A DNA stretch of 64,000 nucleotides from Mizuhopecten yessoensis (GCF_002113885.1 NW_018407403.1:1352055-1416054), one strand, 5' to 3'. Positions 1-12,311 are shown, counted from the stretch's first letter. Made by a program: numbers and translations. Notes: generated by a model from the letters alone, not told the origin.

Positions 1-228
1 TAATTTTCCCTTTGGGGCCCCGCCCTGGCCCCAGGGGTTGGGGTAGGAATCCCAATTTTACAATTTTGAAGCCTCATCTACCAAGGATGATTCTGACCAA
101 GTTTGAAAAAAATCCATCCACTGGTTCTTGAGAAGAAGTTGAAAATGTAAAAGTTTACGCACGACGGACGACGACGGACGAAAAGCGATTGGAATAGGTC
201 ACTTGAGCAAAGCTCAGGTGACCTAAAA
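1..228 (-). mobile_element. Helentron-associated non-autonomous element (HINE-like), 5' end; truncated by window edge
   Basis: Reverse complement of the 5' end at 30405 (TTTTAGGTCACCTGAGCTTTGCTCAAGTGACCTATTC) plus a (CGTC)-type microsatellite at ~158-180. Confidence 0.75.
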
Positions 229-325
229 ATCAAACTTTCTTTTTATAGGACATGGTGTACATGCAGATTTAGCCACGGAACACTGCAATCAATGAGTTTG
301 TTTGTGTTTTACATCCTATTAGCAG

Positions 326-519
326 CTATTCCGTCTTTGCATATTGCAGAGTTATCTTCTCTTGTGAGCAGGGAGTGATTGTTATGTCATTGGTTTGTGT
401 GAGAAAATTAACGTTGTTTTCTCAAAAATTGATGACGTTACTCTCACAAACAAATGACGTAACAATCAATACCTGCTCACAAGAGAAGATAACTCTGCAA
501 TACGAAAAGAAGGAATAGT
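326..519. mobile_element. Palindromic MITE in GABPA intron
   Basis: ~75-bp imperfect inverted arms (CTATTCCGTCTTTGCATATTGCAGAGTTATCTTCTCTTGTGAGCAGG ... CCTGCTCACAAGAGAAGATAACTCTGCAATACGAAAAGAAGGAATAG). Confidence 0.7.
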
Positions 520-562
520 CATTTATTAAGGATGTTTCCGGTATCAATCAACGAGTGCATAC

Positions 563-1869
563 CTGTATGGTGTCCTGTAAGAAAAACTGGTGTTCCGCCA
601 AAGAGCACTGTAGCCTCATTTCCAGTAGGGATTTCAGTGTAGATAGGGGCTCGGCAATGTCCATGTGCTGTATTATGAGGTTCTGGTAGTGTGGTGCTGG
701 CTGTTGATTGGTCTGTTGGACTACCTCTTCCTCATACACGACCCTATGTCACAAGGTCAACAAAGGTCATGAAAATATTCAAAATGTGATTTTTCAAAAT
801 TACCTGAAAATTTACTATTTTTTTCAATAAAATCAATGGCAATAATAACTACAAAAAGTTTAATGCTTTAACATTACAGTTTATCAGTTGTTTAATGTTC
901 ATTTTAATATTGTAATCCGAAATCGTCAATTTCATATCATTTGACTGTAATTCTCCATATTGCTGTTATCACATGATGTAGATAGTTGTAGTTAACTATA
1001 ATAATTCAGCGGCTGAACCAAAATTTTTACTTTTTAATAGCCCTCCAAAATTGTTTGTATACTGATGATGACTGGCATATATATCAAGCCAAAACCTTTG
1101 TATTTCTTTGCATTGCCCGTGGAAGGTCAGTTTGAGTCTACTGTATGTGAGTTTGATAAAACCTGCTTTAATTTCAGTCTTTTAATACAAGATAACAGTT
1201 TTTAGCTATTAAAAGATAAAGCTATTATCTTAAAAGCTAATCAGAATTAAACAGCTAGCCCCTGTGCTGTGTCATTACCCGTCTGCAAGGGAAACTTCCT
1301 GTGTTTCCGTGATGTCGTGTTCTACTTCCTGTGAGATCTGTACCTCCTCTATCTGAACTTCCTGAGCTGCTGCCTCTTCAATGGCCTCGGCCTCCCCCAG
1401 TTCAAGTTTTAGCTGTTTGATGGGCGGCTCCTCATCTTCCCCTAGCTCTTCCTCTACCTCTTCCTCCGGATGCTTCATGGCTGGGGTGAAAAAGAATATG
1501 TGCAATAATTCAAAGAACACAACAGAAAATGTTTCATTGAAAGATTTAGGTTCAACGCTTTCAAAAACACTTACAGAACCTATAGTTGTATATATATAGT
1601 CTAAATTAATTATATTTTAACTAATCAAATTTGTTTAAGATCTGGTAATGGTTATCTAAATTAATCCCTATCCTTCATATAATTTGATGTATTATACAAA
1701 CATTAAAACAAATTGTAAAATTTCTACAATTCATGTTTTAAATAAACTTCATTTAAAAGAAAAAAGAAATCTAATCGCAACATTGTTTTCTTTGGTCTTA
1801 AAGCTTACACATAGAGATGTATCCGTCCTCCGTCATGGTGACGGTGATGGTATTATTGTCCCCATCCAT
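563..1869 (-). CDS. GABPA: GA-binding protein alpha (ETS factor), 5' coding exons join(1869-1809,1480-1279,743-563); gene continues beyond the left edge
   Basis: Phase-consistent GT-AG splicing gives MDGDNNTITVTMTEDGYISMSMKHPEEEVEE...NLIIQHMDIAEPLSTLKSLLEMRLQCSLAEHQFFLQDTIQ. The last part matches the GABPA N-terminal ubiquitin-like (OST) domain (vertebrate IDINEPIGNLKKLLEPRLQCSLDAHEICLQD). Adjacency to ATP5PF supports orthology. Confidence 0.9.
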
Positions 1870-3499
1870 AGAGACTGGACCAGGGGTACTCCAACCTACA
1901 AACATAATAAACATCAAAGTTAGTTTCAACAGTTTCTGACATTCAAATTCAAAGTTTACTGTTATTCTTTTGAAATATGGGCATAACAGGCCCTTTTTAT
2001 GGCCGAATAAAGGCCAATTCCCCTCTCCAATTTTGGCAGTACAGGGCCGGGATTAATGCATGAGGAATAGAAAGTTATAAGCATTACCTTTAGTTGAAAT
2101 GGGGAAAATATGCGCTTTAAGTGCATGACCATGTGTCCAGCGAGGGCTGCAGGCCAGAGCCAGGGGAGTACAAGACGGGGGACATGGATCATTTTTAATT
2201 TTAGTTCCTCGCTGTTCATTTGCTTCGAATTGACCACAGGATATGCATTAGAATAAAGCAGGGTCAATCAGCAGCTTTAATTGTTTTATCTTTTTGTTTT
2301 ATAACCCCTCCCCATTAAGACTGGAATAATAAATTGGGTGTATAATTATTTCCACAAATTTTGTACAAATATTCCATACAGTGATGGATCTAGAATGGTC
2401 GGTTATATTACCATTCATCTATATGAGCAATGACGTTATTGATAATGATACTACTTGTAAACAAATGCACAAACTTCATTGGTAATGCTAGCCTTTTCAA
2501 AATTGGGGTACAAAGCAGGATATTTTATTGTTACGAATAGATATTATATGAGACAGAATTCATCTGATTTGTACCAGAAATGGCCTGGTATGCCTTTCAG
2601 GTTTTCGCTCATTTTTGATACAAAAAAGGTGGTATCTGGAAATAGATATTGTTTGTCAAAGCAAAGAATCAGTAATAATGTCATGATTTCTAAATTTATA
2701 TACAATTACATTTTATTTAGCTTAATGAACATATATTACATTTCTGTAGAGATAGTGTAGAGCTGTCATCCTATAGCTAATTCATGGTACCTTGATAAAC
2801 ATTATTATGTTGTATTTGTACCTATAACAATTTTTTACATGAATATCACCTTGAAGTTTTACTAGAAACAGGACATTTGCTTGACTGTATATAAGGAAGT
2901 AAATATGTTCACAGTTGTAACCCAAGACAATTTCCTGGTCAATCATTATATAAATGAAAAAAAAAGATATTTTGATCAATATGAAGTTCAAAGAATTCCT
3001 AATGATGCATGGATATCAGACTTAGGGGTCATTCAATGACATAGATTCCTGATATAAAATAGAATAATAACATTTTATGGTATGTATAGATCTATAATCA
3101 GAATGAAATAATTTTTATTTAAAAGCATGATTTCAATATATATATGTCAAAACATCACATTGCATGTTAGTGCTAGTGCTATTTTATAATTGTTATTTTC
3201 TTACACTACAACATATTTGTACCATCCCATTAATAATTAAAAAATAAAATAAAAAGCTAGACTAGTATTTGATAAGTTTAATGCTTGATTACCTTGGTTG
3301 TTTTCAATGTTACCTGTCTTAATTGATTTATTTAGCAATATGCATAAAAAGAAGCAGACAAATGAACCAACCCAAAACAATAAACAGGTTATTTGAGTCC
3401 TCTTTGTAGATATGTTATTTTTGAAATTCCCTCGAGAAACTCAAGAAAACTATGTCCGTTCATGTACCTCATTCGACACGCCCAGTTGAACACGCTGTT

Positions 3500-3925
3500 T
3501 TGTTTAAATATGGCCGACATCTTGAAATTTTTGAAACCACAATGGCCTAGTCGACATAAAAATGTCGTATTATCATATAACACGTTTCTGGAGGTTGTGA
3601 CAAACATTGTCACCAGAGAGGAAATGAGTGTCTGCTACAGCGCAAACATATATCAAAACTTCCGGCTTTTCAAAACCACGTTCTACATCCTGTTTGGTTT
3701 CAGAGTTGTTGACCAGTGCGCGCCCAGGATAAAAGACGAATTTCAGGGCCTCAACGCGTTAAATATTGCCAATACTTACCTAAATATTTGTGTCCAGACT
3801 GTCACAATGACTCGTCGTGCGATTAGTTCTTTGAAAACTTCGTTAATTAATAATTTTTTGACCGGAAATTTCTTTGAAACGGAAATGCCAGACAAAGCAG
3901 GATCTTCCTTTAGATCACGTGACTA
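3500..3925. promoter_or_regulatory. GABPA promoter-proximal region with ETS/GABP, E-box and YY1-like motifs
   Basis: ACTTCCGG 3658-3665, CCGGAAAT 3862-3869, ACGGAAATG 3879-3887, TCACGTGAC 3915-3923, AATATGGCCG ~3507-3516. Confidence 0.5.
3780..3850 (-). other. GABPA: Probable non-coding first exon of GABPA (upstream boundary approximate)
   Basis: Strong minus-strand donor AG|GTAAGTA at 3780/3779 in a CpG-richer patch; acceptor of the next exon at 1897-1896. Confidence 0.5.
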
Positions 3926-5837
3926 GAATTTTGATAATTTATGCAGGGTGGCTATATTTTACAAACTGATGAAATAAAGTGAAACGCACGCCTGGAATAT
4001 TACGTGAAAGTTTTCATCGTGAGAACTCCATATAAAATTCGACTACTAAATACTATGTATCAATTTATGTTTGTGTTTACATCCACATCATGTTGAGATA
4101 AAAAAAAATCCTGCAAAGATTGCGATGCTGCTTTTTTATCACCTCTCGTATGAAATATCTCAACTCTCGTCCTTTTCGTTATTTCGCGACACCATTGGGA
4201 TAGAGGTCAGTAGAGAACTAATGAAGTTATATTTTGTAAAAAAGCTAATAATCTTAATTTGATCCACGGAGGAAATATTTCCCATTTTTAACTGATAAAT
4301 ACCTAATCAACGTTAAGGCAAAGAAGCCTTTTTGACTCGTCGCAGGTTGAAAAGGTGACCACCGACACGGTCATAGCATGGTACCGGTGTCTGCAAACAC
4401 TTCACTACGCCGACCTTTATCGTTGTTTTCCAGCATGTCAGGATATTTATTATTTTCCAAAGTTATAATGGACACCTTTTCACATACATTTTCTTTTAGC
4501 TATTTACATTATTGCATTGTTGAAATTTACCATCCTCTAGTCCGCCTACCCATCCACCCCTACCCCCACCACTTCGGTTCACCGACTGCTGATATGAAAT
4601 TAACACCTTGAAAGTTGAAAAATTCAGACTGGAGCAAAATGAAAAAAGCAGAGTGGTTGCATTGTCATGTATAAAATGCGTCTTCTTCTTTCACATAAGG
4701 AACGTATCTCCTAGTATGGAGCGATGACTTCTGAGGACCAGCTTCTATGCCTTGCCTTTTTGCACATCACTGCTCACATTCACAAACTGCATTTATTTGA
4801 CTCATTATTGAACACCAACTAAAACTATGACAACAGTTAACATAGATCTGCAAGGATTTTGAAAAACAATCACTGGTATTGAAGCAAAAACTAATAAACT
4901 AAGATTTATAACTAAAAAAAATAAGGAAAAGTAGCTTTTCTACTCTTACCTTTTGATTGGATTAGAAAACAGTAGACGTACACAAGGGAAAGGTAACTTT
5001 TTGTTAATATTTGTATGCAACACATCATAACTGTGCTTAACCAAATTGTGGGACTATATCACGTAGTCTTATTGTATTGGGTTCATATATGTTTTTTGCA
5101 AGAGTTTCCTTCTTTCTCCATTGTGATTGCAAGTAAATCCAAAGCAAAACATTTTGTTCCGATTAAAAGAAGTAGTAAGTATATACAATTTTCTCCAGAT
5201 GACACAGCAGTAATGCAGTACTAGGTATATGCAAAGTGGGCTATAAATAAACAGGCAGAGACACTGGTCACATAAGGGCGTTGGTCAATTTAAAATTAAG
5301 GAGAGGATGGATAAGTTTTTGTTGCAGAGTAAAGGAAGTGATTGAAAACTGACTTTGAAGTCGAAATTAAAGAGTAAACATTGTTGATAAGCAATGGAAA
5401 AGCACATCACTGTTAACGTTTGATTTTGCCCTTCTTCGCTTATTCTGCAAATTTCACAGCAAGGGCTCAGAAACTGGTCACTGGACTACCCCGAAGTCCC
5501 ACTAGAAGTTCATCCCAGTATAAAAGTACTGAATAACAGATGATAGGAATATTCTTCCATACCAGACACATAAGGCAGGAAAATATCACATGATAGTTTT
5601 CATACAATGGCATCAATTCTTCCTTGGTAGGCATATATATTATATAATATAGAAACATTTCATTGATGTTATAGTTTTTGCCCAACCACTCTAAAACTCC
5701 TCATCCCGGAATATATATATGTATACCTTTCATCCCACAAAATGTAACATTGGGAACCTTGATATAACCAATTTAAGCCTTGTATTACACTGATATCCAC
5801 GAAAAATAACGATTATATTTTTTGTATTGTAGTCATC

Positions 5838-8800
5838 ATGCTGGTCTCGAGATTGGCAACATTAGGCCGTGCCGTCCAAGTCCAGGCGCGCCGAAACTTT
5901 GGTGTGTCTGCCGCTGTACTGCAGAAGGCTGACCCAATACAGAAGTTGTTTTTGGATAAAATTAAAGAATACAAACAAAAGTAGGTATACTGCTTATCTG
6001 TGAAGGTTTGGGAAAAAAATAAATCTGCTGTACCTCACTGGTAAACCTGTTGTACCTCGCTGCATGATCTTATGAGTTTACTAGCTTCTAGTAAAGTAGG
6101 GCCCCTAGCATCATTTCGGGGCTTTGTGGGCAGCCTTCTATGCCTTCGGGCCTTAGAAGAAGACGTCATGGTAGCTAATAGCTATGGATATTTAAATATG
6201 CAGGGAATGTAAGCATATGTCTTCAAAGATCTCCAAACCTGGTATTTTCACATTTAATTGACAGAGCTTTCAATAGACCCTTTAGTGTATGTTTTTTGAC
6301 TCCAAAAATGAGGGTTGTTGACGTCTCTTGGGATTTAAAGTATTGATAAATGTCAAAGAGTCAAATGAAAGCCCAATTAAATAGACTTGCAGCGGGCAAG
6401 TGCCATTAATATTGATGCATTTTTGTCATGACATATGTCCAAATATGTGTGAAATATGGGGAGATAAAACCAGATGGAGAAAATCCCCATAAATGGCATT
6501 AAACCTGGCAAGGTTAAGCAAGCTTTAATAGTCGTGGGTTGTACCTTTTGCTTTTTCAAAAGTAACATACATGTGACACTATATTTGGTATGGAAATCCT
6601 CAAACCTGAATTACTCGACTGCAGTAATCGTTTATAGCCATTCCAGATGGTAAATCTTTGCAGCCATCTCTTTGGTGTTTGGGATACTATGTTTGTGTAC
6701 ATACATGTATGACAAAAGCTGTTTCCCCCTCAGGAACTACAGTTGTGTCAATTCAATCATTATAGTTAAATCAAGTCCATTATGTTTCAAAGGGCGACAC
6801 TTATTTATACATCGCTGAATCAAAACTTTGTTGCTATTTTTATATCTACATCACAGTCAGTCGTGCTTCGACAGGTCCTTCTTAATGGGCGACCAATCAT
6901 CTACCTGGTAATTCGAATGGGATAATTCTTATTGATGCATTAATATGAAGGAATTCCTGTGTGTTCTCCCAAATCAAATGCTACAAGACTCTTAGAATGA
7001 CATCATGTTTGTGACCCTCATGTCTTTCATTTTCCCAAATATGATTATTGCAATCAACGAAATCACAGTTCATGTTATGTTGAGTTGTCCTTCTTTGTAT
7101 TTCTTCAGCTTTTAGACTGGGATAGTCAACACAAATGTACATTGATTGCGTCGGGTAAATCTAGATATTCTACACATTGATCTATAGAGCAAAATTTATA
7201 AGGACATTGAGGAGACCATGTGCATGTGTAATATATAAGAGGACATTTAAGAGGCAAAAAATGATCTGGTGCCCTCCATTGTAACACTGAGATCAGTTTT
7301 GTTTTCCATCTTTCCTAGTGTGTACTTTCTTTTTTATTTATTTACTCTATCTTTCTGGCTGTGTCTCCATTTAGGCACCCGTCCTTGTATGACCCGCTGG
7401 CTGATTTGAAGTCTGAACCCCTTCATTCCTAAGGTCACATTTGAACCTTACCAAACCACCAAAGACTGGGCAAGTCCAGTTTAAATATATATGAGGTGGA
7501 AGAGTTAAACACCAAACAAAAAAAGAAAAGAATACCCCTGCTGTTACCCACTACATGTATCGTAAGAAGCGACTAATGTGGGAACCCCCTGTATAATTTG
7601 GGATTTGCTTTGGTGTCCTCTATTTTGGGGCACAAAAGCGACCAAAGTAAATCTGCTGTGCCCATTGCAATATTTAAGATCTTTATATAATTATCTTTCT
7701 TTCTACTTCTAACTACCTTTTACTTCCTAGTTCCTTGCTTGGCAACACCTTTATACTTTTGGCTTGAATGTTGAGCGTTTGCCCAGATGAGGAAGGCATA
7801 AGCATTGGGTTCTGTCCCCAGGCCAGGACAAACCAAAGTCATTAAAAATGGTTGTTGTTATCCTTGCTTAACGTTCAGCATTAAGGGGAATGGCAATAAC
7901 TGGTTCACCCGTTGTCAGTATAATGTGACCGGATGGAATGCTGTGCTGGGTGCCTTCGGCATGATCCGCGCTATCACAAGGAGGCAAGCCCACCAACATA
8001 CCCTGTCTCCTGCATACACACACGCAAGCACACATACACTACACACATAGAGGCAAGTCCTTAAATGACCTTAGCTGTTGATAGGACGTTAAACAAAATT
8101 AAACCAAACCAATCTCTACTGAAAACCCTGGTGATGTACCTGTAAGTTCAGTGATAAATCTACATCAAGCTTTTAGACTTATACATGTACTAATAGAACT
8201 TACTTAAATTTAACATTGTAGGTTTGGTTTTATTGTCTCTCTGCCACAAAGTTGAAGCGAGACTTAGGTGTTGCTTTTCCGGCGACGACGACGACATCAA
8301 CATCAAGTTTTTGTGTTTAAATTAGTCTCCTGAAAGTATAAGTGCTACACCAACCAATCTTGGACCATAGATGCATCTTAGGTAGTAACGTACATCTCAT
8401 ATCATGCATCAAATGCTTTCATGGTCCATAGACATTATCATCATCTCCATCAACATTAAGTTTTTGTGTTTAAGAAAGTTTCTCTGAAAGTATAAGTGAT
8501 ACACCAACCAAAGTTGAAACTTGGACAGTAGATGCATCTTAGGTAAAACATCTCAGCCAATGCAATAAATGCTGGATGCAGAATACCTATCATTAGGTCC
8601 ATTGACTTTGTCAGCATTTCCATCAACATTAGACTTTTGCATTTAACTTAGTTTTTCTGATATGTCTGATGGTCAAAGCAGGGCTAGACATATTAATGTG
8701 AATGGCTTGTTTAACGTCCTGTCAGCAAGGTCATTTGAGGACATTGTGGGACTCATTGTTCTTAGAAAGCAAAAGTTGAAAAGGACCCATGAAAGTAAAT

Positions 8801-11423
8801 GGTAGATTGATCACTGTAGGTTCAACCATGTATTTGTTCCTGCAGGAATATGATCAAGGAGGCAGCCGCAGACCCTGGCTTGCAGAGTGAATTGGAGCGA
8901 GTAAAGGGAATGTATAAAGTGCAGAAAGGCGAAGACATGACGACGCTGTCACTTCCAGAGTTCAACGGTACGTTATAACCCTTTCACCCCTATGTAACTT
9001 CAGTAGACTATACCACAAATTGATATGGATGAGTCCATTATGGTCTACAGTGGTGAACGGGTTAAAGTGACATACTTTTCTGTAGATTTTTCAGGGACCT
9101 ATACATTGGTGTAACATCTAGTCTGTACCTCTAGGTTCCATGTCAGTTCATTGTGGTGCCTGTTGCATTGCCTTGGTACACAAAAATAGACAGATGAAAA
9201 TTTTATCAATATGAAAAATAGATGTTTAGTAAATAATTTCTTTTCGTCTCGCCGCCACAAAGTAGCGGAAGCGAGACTAAGGTGTTGTTTTTCCGGCGAT
9301 GGCGGTGTCAACATTAAGTTTTTGCATTTAAGTTATTTTCACTGAAAGAATAAGTGCTAGACCAACCAAACTTAGACAGTAGATGCATCTAAAGTAGAAC
9401 ATCTTAACCCATGCATCAAATGCTGGATGCGGCCTACCTTTCATGGTCCATTGACTTTGTCAGCATCTCCATCAACATTAAGTTTTTGTGTTCAGTTAGT
9501 TTCTCTGAAACAATAACTGCTAGACCAACCAAAAAATGACATGTGCATTGATGGTCCAAGTTCCCCACAGGTGAGACATCATTCTTACCCTGGACAGGTG
9601 TACCCACCCTTATACCGGGGTGAGATTTCCTTGTCTCACTCTAGGGTTGAGACGGGGGGATTCCCCTATTCATAACAATGGTATAACGTCCCTTCAACAG
9701 TACAATGACATAGCGTAAACAATCCCATCAACGTCACATCAACCCTGAATTTATCATGTAACGTTATCATTACATTGTGTAATCACCCCCTTGTGGGTGA
9801 GATGGGGGAATTTCAACCCACGGGGAAAGGTTCTTAAGTTGCCAAACACTCGGCAAACCCTCATGTTTGGCAACTTGAGAATCTTCCCCCTTGGGTTGAG
9901 ATTCCCCTATCTCACCCCCAGGGGGTGAGAGATTCTATTCATCCAAATGGCTTGTTTAACATTAACACTTTCACCACTGTAGACCATAATGGACTCATCC
10001 AGATCAATGCATGGTAGAGTCTACTAAAGTTACATAGGGGTGAAAGGTTTAATATTGAAAGGGTTAACTCTGTCAAACCTCATCTCTTGGAATTTGAATA
10101 AAAAGGAAGCTCAGAAAATAAGCTGCAAAAAATAGAAAACAAATCTTCCTTCAGCATAACGTTTTGATCAGCATCACATTTAATGACAAACGATGTTAAA
10201 TAATGCAGACTTTTCAGTAACATTTATCTGAATAGTCCAAAATAACGTTTCTAATGACCAATGTTTGTTAGTATGGGTATAAAATACAGTAGAAAGTGGC
10301 CATTTGAACTGGTCAAAACCAAATCTGAACCAGTCATATTTGCCTACTGTTGGTTTTTAGCTCACCTGGTCGGAAGGACCATGGTGTAGAGCTTATGCCA
10401 TATCGCAGCGTCCGTCATTTGTCCGTTCGTCAACTTTTTCTTTAAAACGCTACTAGTCATTAACGACTGAGCATGTTTTGACCAAATTTGGTCAGAAGCA
10501 TCCTTGGGGGAAGGGGAACAAATTTTGTATAAACGGTGGGTCGGACCCACCTGGGAGCTGAGGGTCGGGGCCAAATAGGGAAACCTTAGCAAATTCTTTA
10601 AAATCCTTCTTCTTCTGTAGGAATGAAAGGATTTTGTCCATATTTGGTCTGAAGCATTTTTGGGTAAAGGGGAACCAATTTTGTATAAACGGTGGATCTG
10701 GCACCGCAGGGGCCTGAGGGGCAGGGCCCAATAGGGAAAATAGAGGTTAAAATCATTATAATCCTTCCTCTACCCTAGGGATTAATGGATTTTCCCCTAA
10801 TATAGTCTGGAGCATCCTTGGGCCAAGGGGACTCAATTTTATATAAGCAGTGGGTGTGGTCTCGCAGGGGACAGAAGGGCGGGGCCCAATAGGAGAAATA
10901 GAGGTGAAACCTTTAGAATCCTTCTTCGACCATCAGGATAAAGGGATTTTATCCTAATTTAGTCTGGAGCATCCTTGGGTCAAGAGGACTCAATTTTGTA
11001 TAATTGGTGGGTATGACCTCCCCTAGGGGCACATGGGTTGGGGTCTGTTTGAAGTTTGTTCTCTCTATATCTCAAGTACTGGATCTTACAGCACCTACCA
11101 TGGAGTGGTGCTATATCCTTACTTCATACCAATTATTTTAAACATATTCATGTGAGCAATACAGGCCCTCTGGGCCTCTTGTTCATGAAAGCACTACATG
11201 ATTTCATTTAAAAAATTTAGAATATAATTTGTGCTGGTAAATTTCGAAAGAAGTAAGTAGTGTATATGTATATCACATGAATGTGACACATGTTTTTCAT
11301 GGATGTATTTTTTGGGACATACACTTCTATTTGTAAATCCACTTCTATTTTACAGATATTGTACTCGGACCCGTTGACCTGGGTGTGGTGTCTGAGGGTT
11401 CTGCAGAACAGCTTGAATCGTGA
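5838..11423 (+). CDS. ATP5PF: Mitochondrial ATP synthase coupling factor 6, join(5838-5980,8846-8967,11356-11423), ~110 aa
   Basis: Spliced translation MLVSRLATLGRAVQVQARRNFGVSAAVLQKADPIQKLFLDKIKEYKQKNMIKEAAADPGLQSELERVKGMYKVQKGEDMTTLSLPEFNDIVLGPVDLGVVSEGSAEQLES*. It has an Arg-rich presequence and the hallmark DPIQKLFLDKIxEY. Splice phases 2 and 1 are consistent; ATTAAA at ~11665. Not in the ORF track. Confidence 0.93.
7770..8112 (+). mobile_element. tRNA-derived SINE (Meta-domain-like core)
   Basis: Degenerate B-box head, core GTTGTCAGTATAATGTGACCGG also present at ~18508, tail CCTTAAATGACCTTAGCTGTTGATAGGACGTTAAAC plus (AAACC)n. Confidence 0.65.
8230..8712 (+). mobile_element. HINE-like family 2 copy (others at ~9240-9580 and ~12735-13103)
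   Basis: Shared start TTTTGTCTCGC...GCGAGACT.AGGTGTTGCTTTTCCGGCGA, internal tandem units (CAACATTAAGTTTTTG...GATGCATCTTAGGTA) and end ...AATGGCTTGTT. Confidence 0.6.
8979..9061. mobile_element. 83-bp piggyBac-like mini-MITE
   Basis: ATAA|CCCTTTCACC...GGTGAACGGG|TTAA; same-length copies at 9966-10048 (inverted) and 24533-24615. Confidence 0.65.
9240..9958 (+). mobile_element. HINE-like family 2 copy with a nested hairpin element (~9581-9940)
   Basis: The family 3' end is split into GGTGAGACATC (~9570-9580) and AATGGCTTGTT (~9946-9956) by an insert containing a ~54-bp-arm inverted repeat at 9795-9918. Confidence 0.55.
9966..10048. mobile_element. 83-bp piggyBac-like mini-MITE (inverted relative to 8979-9061)
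   Basis: TTAA|CACTTTCACCACTGTAGACCATAATGGACTCATC...GGGGTGAAAGGT|TTAA. Confidence 0.65.
10354..11183 (+). mobile_element. HINE-like element, near full length
   Basis: 5' TTTTAGCTCACCTGG, GTCC-type microsatellite, ~4 internal ~165-170-bp tandem units, 3' GTGAGC...GGCCCTCTGGGCC hairpin followed by TCTTGTT. Confidence 0.75.
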
Positions 11424-11773
11424 ATTATTAATAAGAGTCGACCTTCCTTATGAGCAGTTGTGATAGCCACCTACAACTGTGAAATACGAAAAAACAACAC
11501 TTTCAGGATGGAAGAAAATTGTGCAGACACTATGTTTTTGATATTCGGAATTAAACAAAAGAAAATATGTGATGGATATATTGGTGTGAATGTAGATTAT
11601 TTCAAGTTTGATTTGTATATATAATGATCACTGGATGTGTATACATGTAACTGAGGTATGTTACATTAAAAGTTCTGGTGTGAGGCGATACATAATGTTG
11701 TTCTGTTGTGTTTAGTTGTAGGGCAGGCGAGAAACAGCTCAATGTAATACATGTTATCTGTTTGAAGTTGATG

Positions 11774-12311
11774 GAGCCAACCTAAGGTGTAGGTATGTGG
11801 GTTGGTCAGTGGGGGGAGCCAACCTCAGGTGTAGGTATGTGGGTTGGTCAGTGGGGGGAGCCGACCTCAGGTGTAGGTATGTGGGTTGATCAGTGGGGGG
11901 AGCCGACCTCAGGTATAGGTATGTGGGTTGGTCATTGGGGGGAGCCGACCTCAGGTGTAGGTATGTGGGTTGGTCAGTGGGGGAAGCCGACCTCATGTGT
12001 AGGTATGTGGGTTGGTCAGTGGGGGGAGCCGACCTCAGGTGTAGGTATGTGGGTTGGTCAGTGGGGGAAGCCGACCTCATGTGTAGGTATGTGGGTTGGT
12101 CAGTGGGGNTGACCTCAGGTGTAGGTATGTGGGTTGGTCAGTGGGGGGAGCCGATCTCGGGTGTAGGTATGTGGGTTGGTCAGTGGGGCAGAGCCGACCT
12201 CAGGTGTAGGTATGTGGGTTGGTCAGTGGGGGGAGCCAACCTCAGGTGTAGGTATGTGGGTTGGTCAGTGGGGGGAGCCAACCTCAGGTGTAGGTATGTG
12301 GGTTGGTCAGT
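11774..12311. repeat. 42-bp G-rich minisatellite (~13 copies; N at 12109)
   Basis: Unit GGGGGGAGCCGACCTCAGGTGTAGGTATGTGGGTTGGTCAGT. Confidence 0.95.

Noticed and set aside
1381-1599. Ser-rich + strand ORF
   Set aside because: Antisense shadow of the Glu-rich GABPA exon.
3393-3926. 177-aa ORF in the GABPA/ATP5PF intergenic region
   Set aside because: Non-ATG start, no recognisable domain, overlaps the promoter and first intron.
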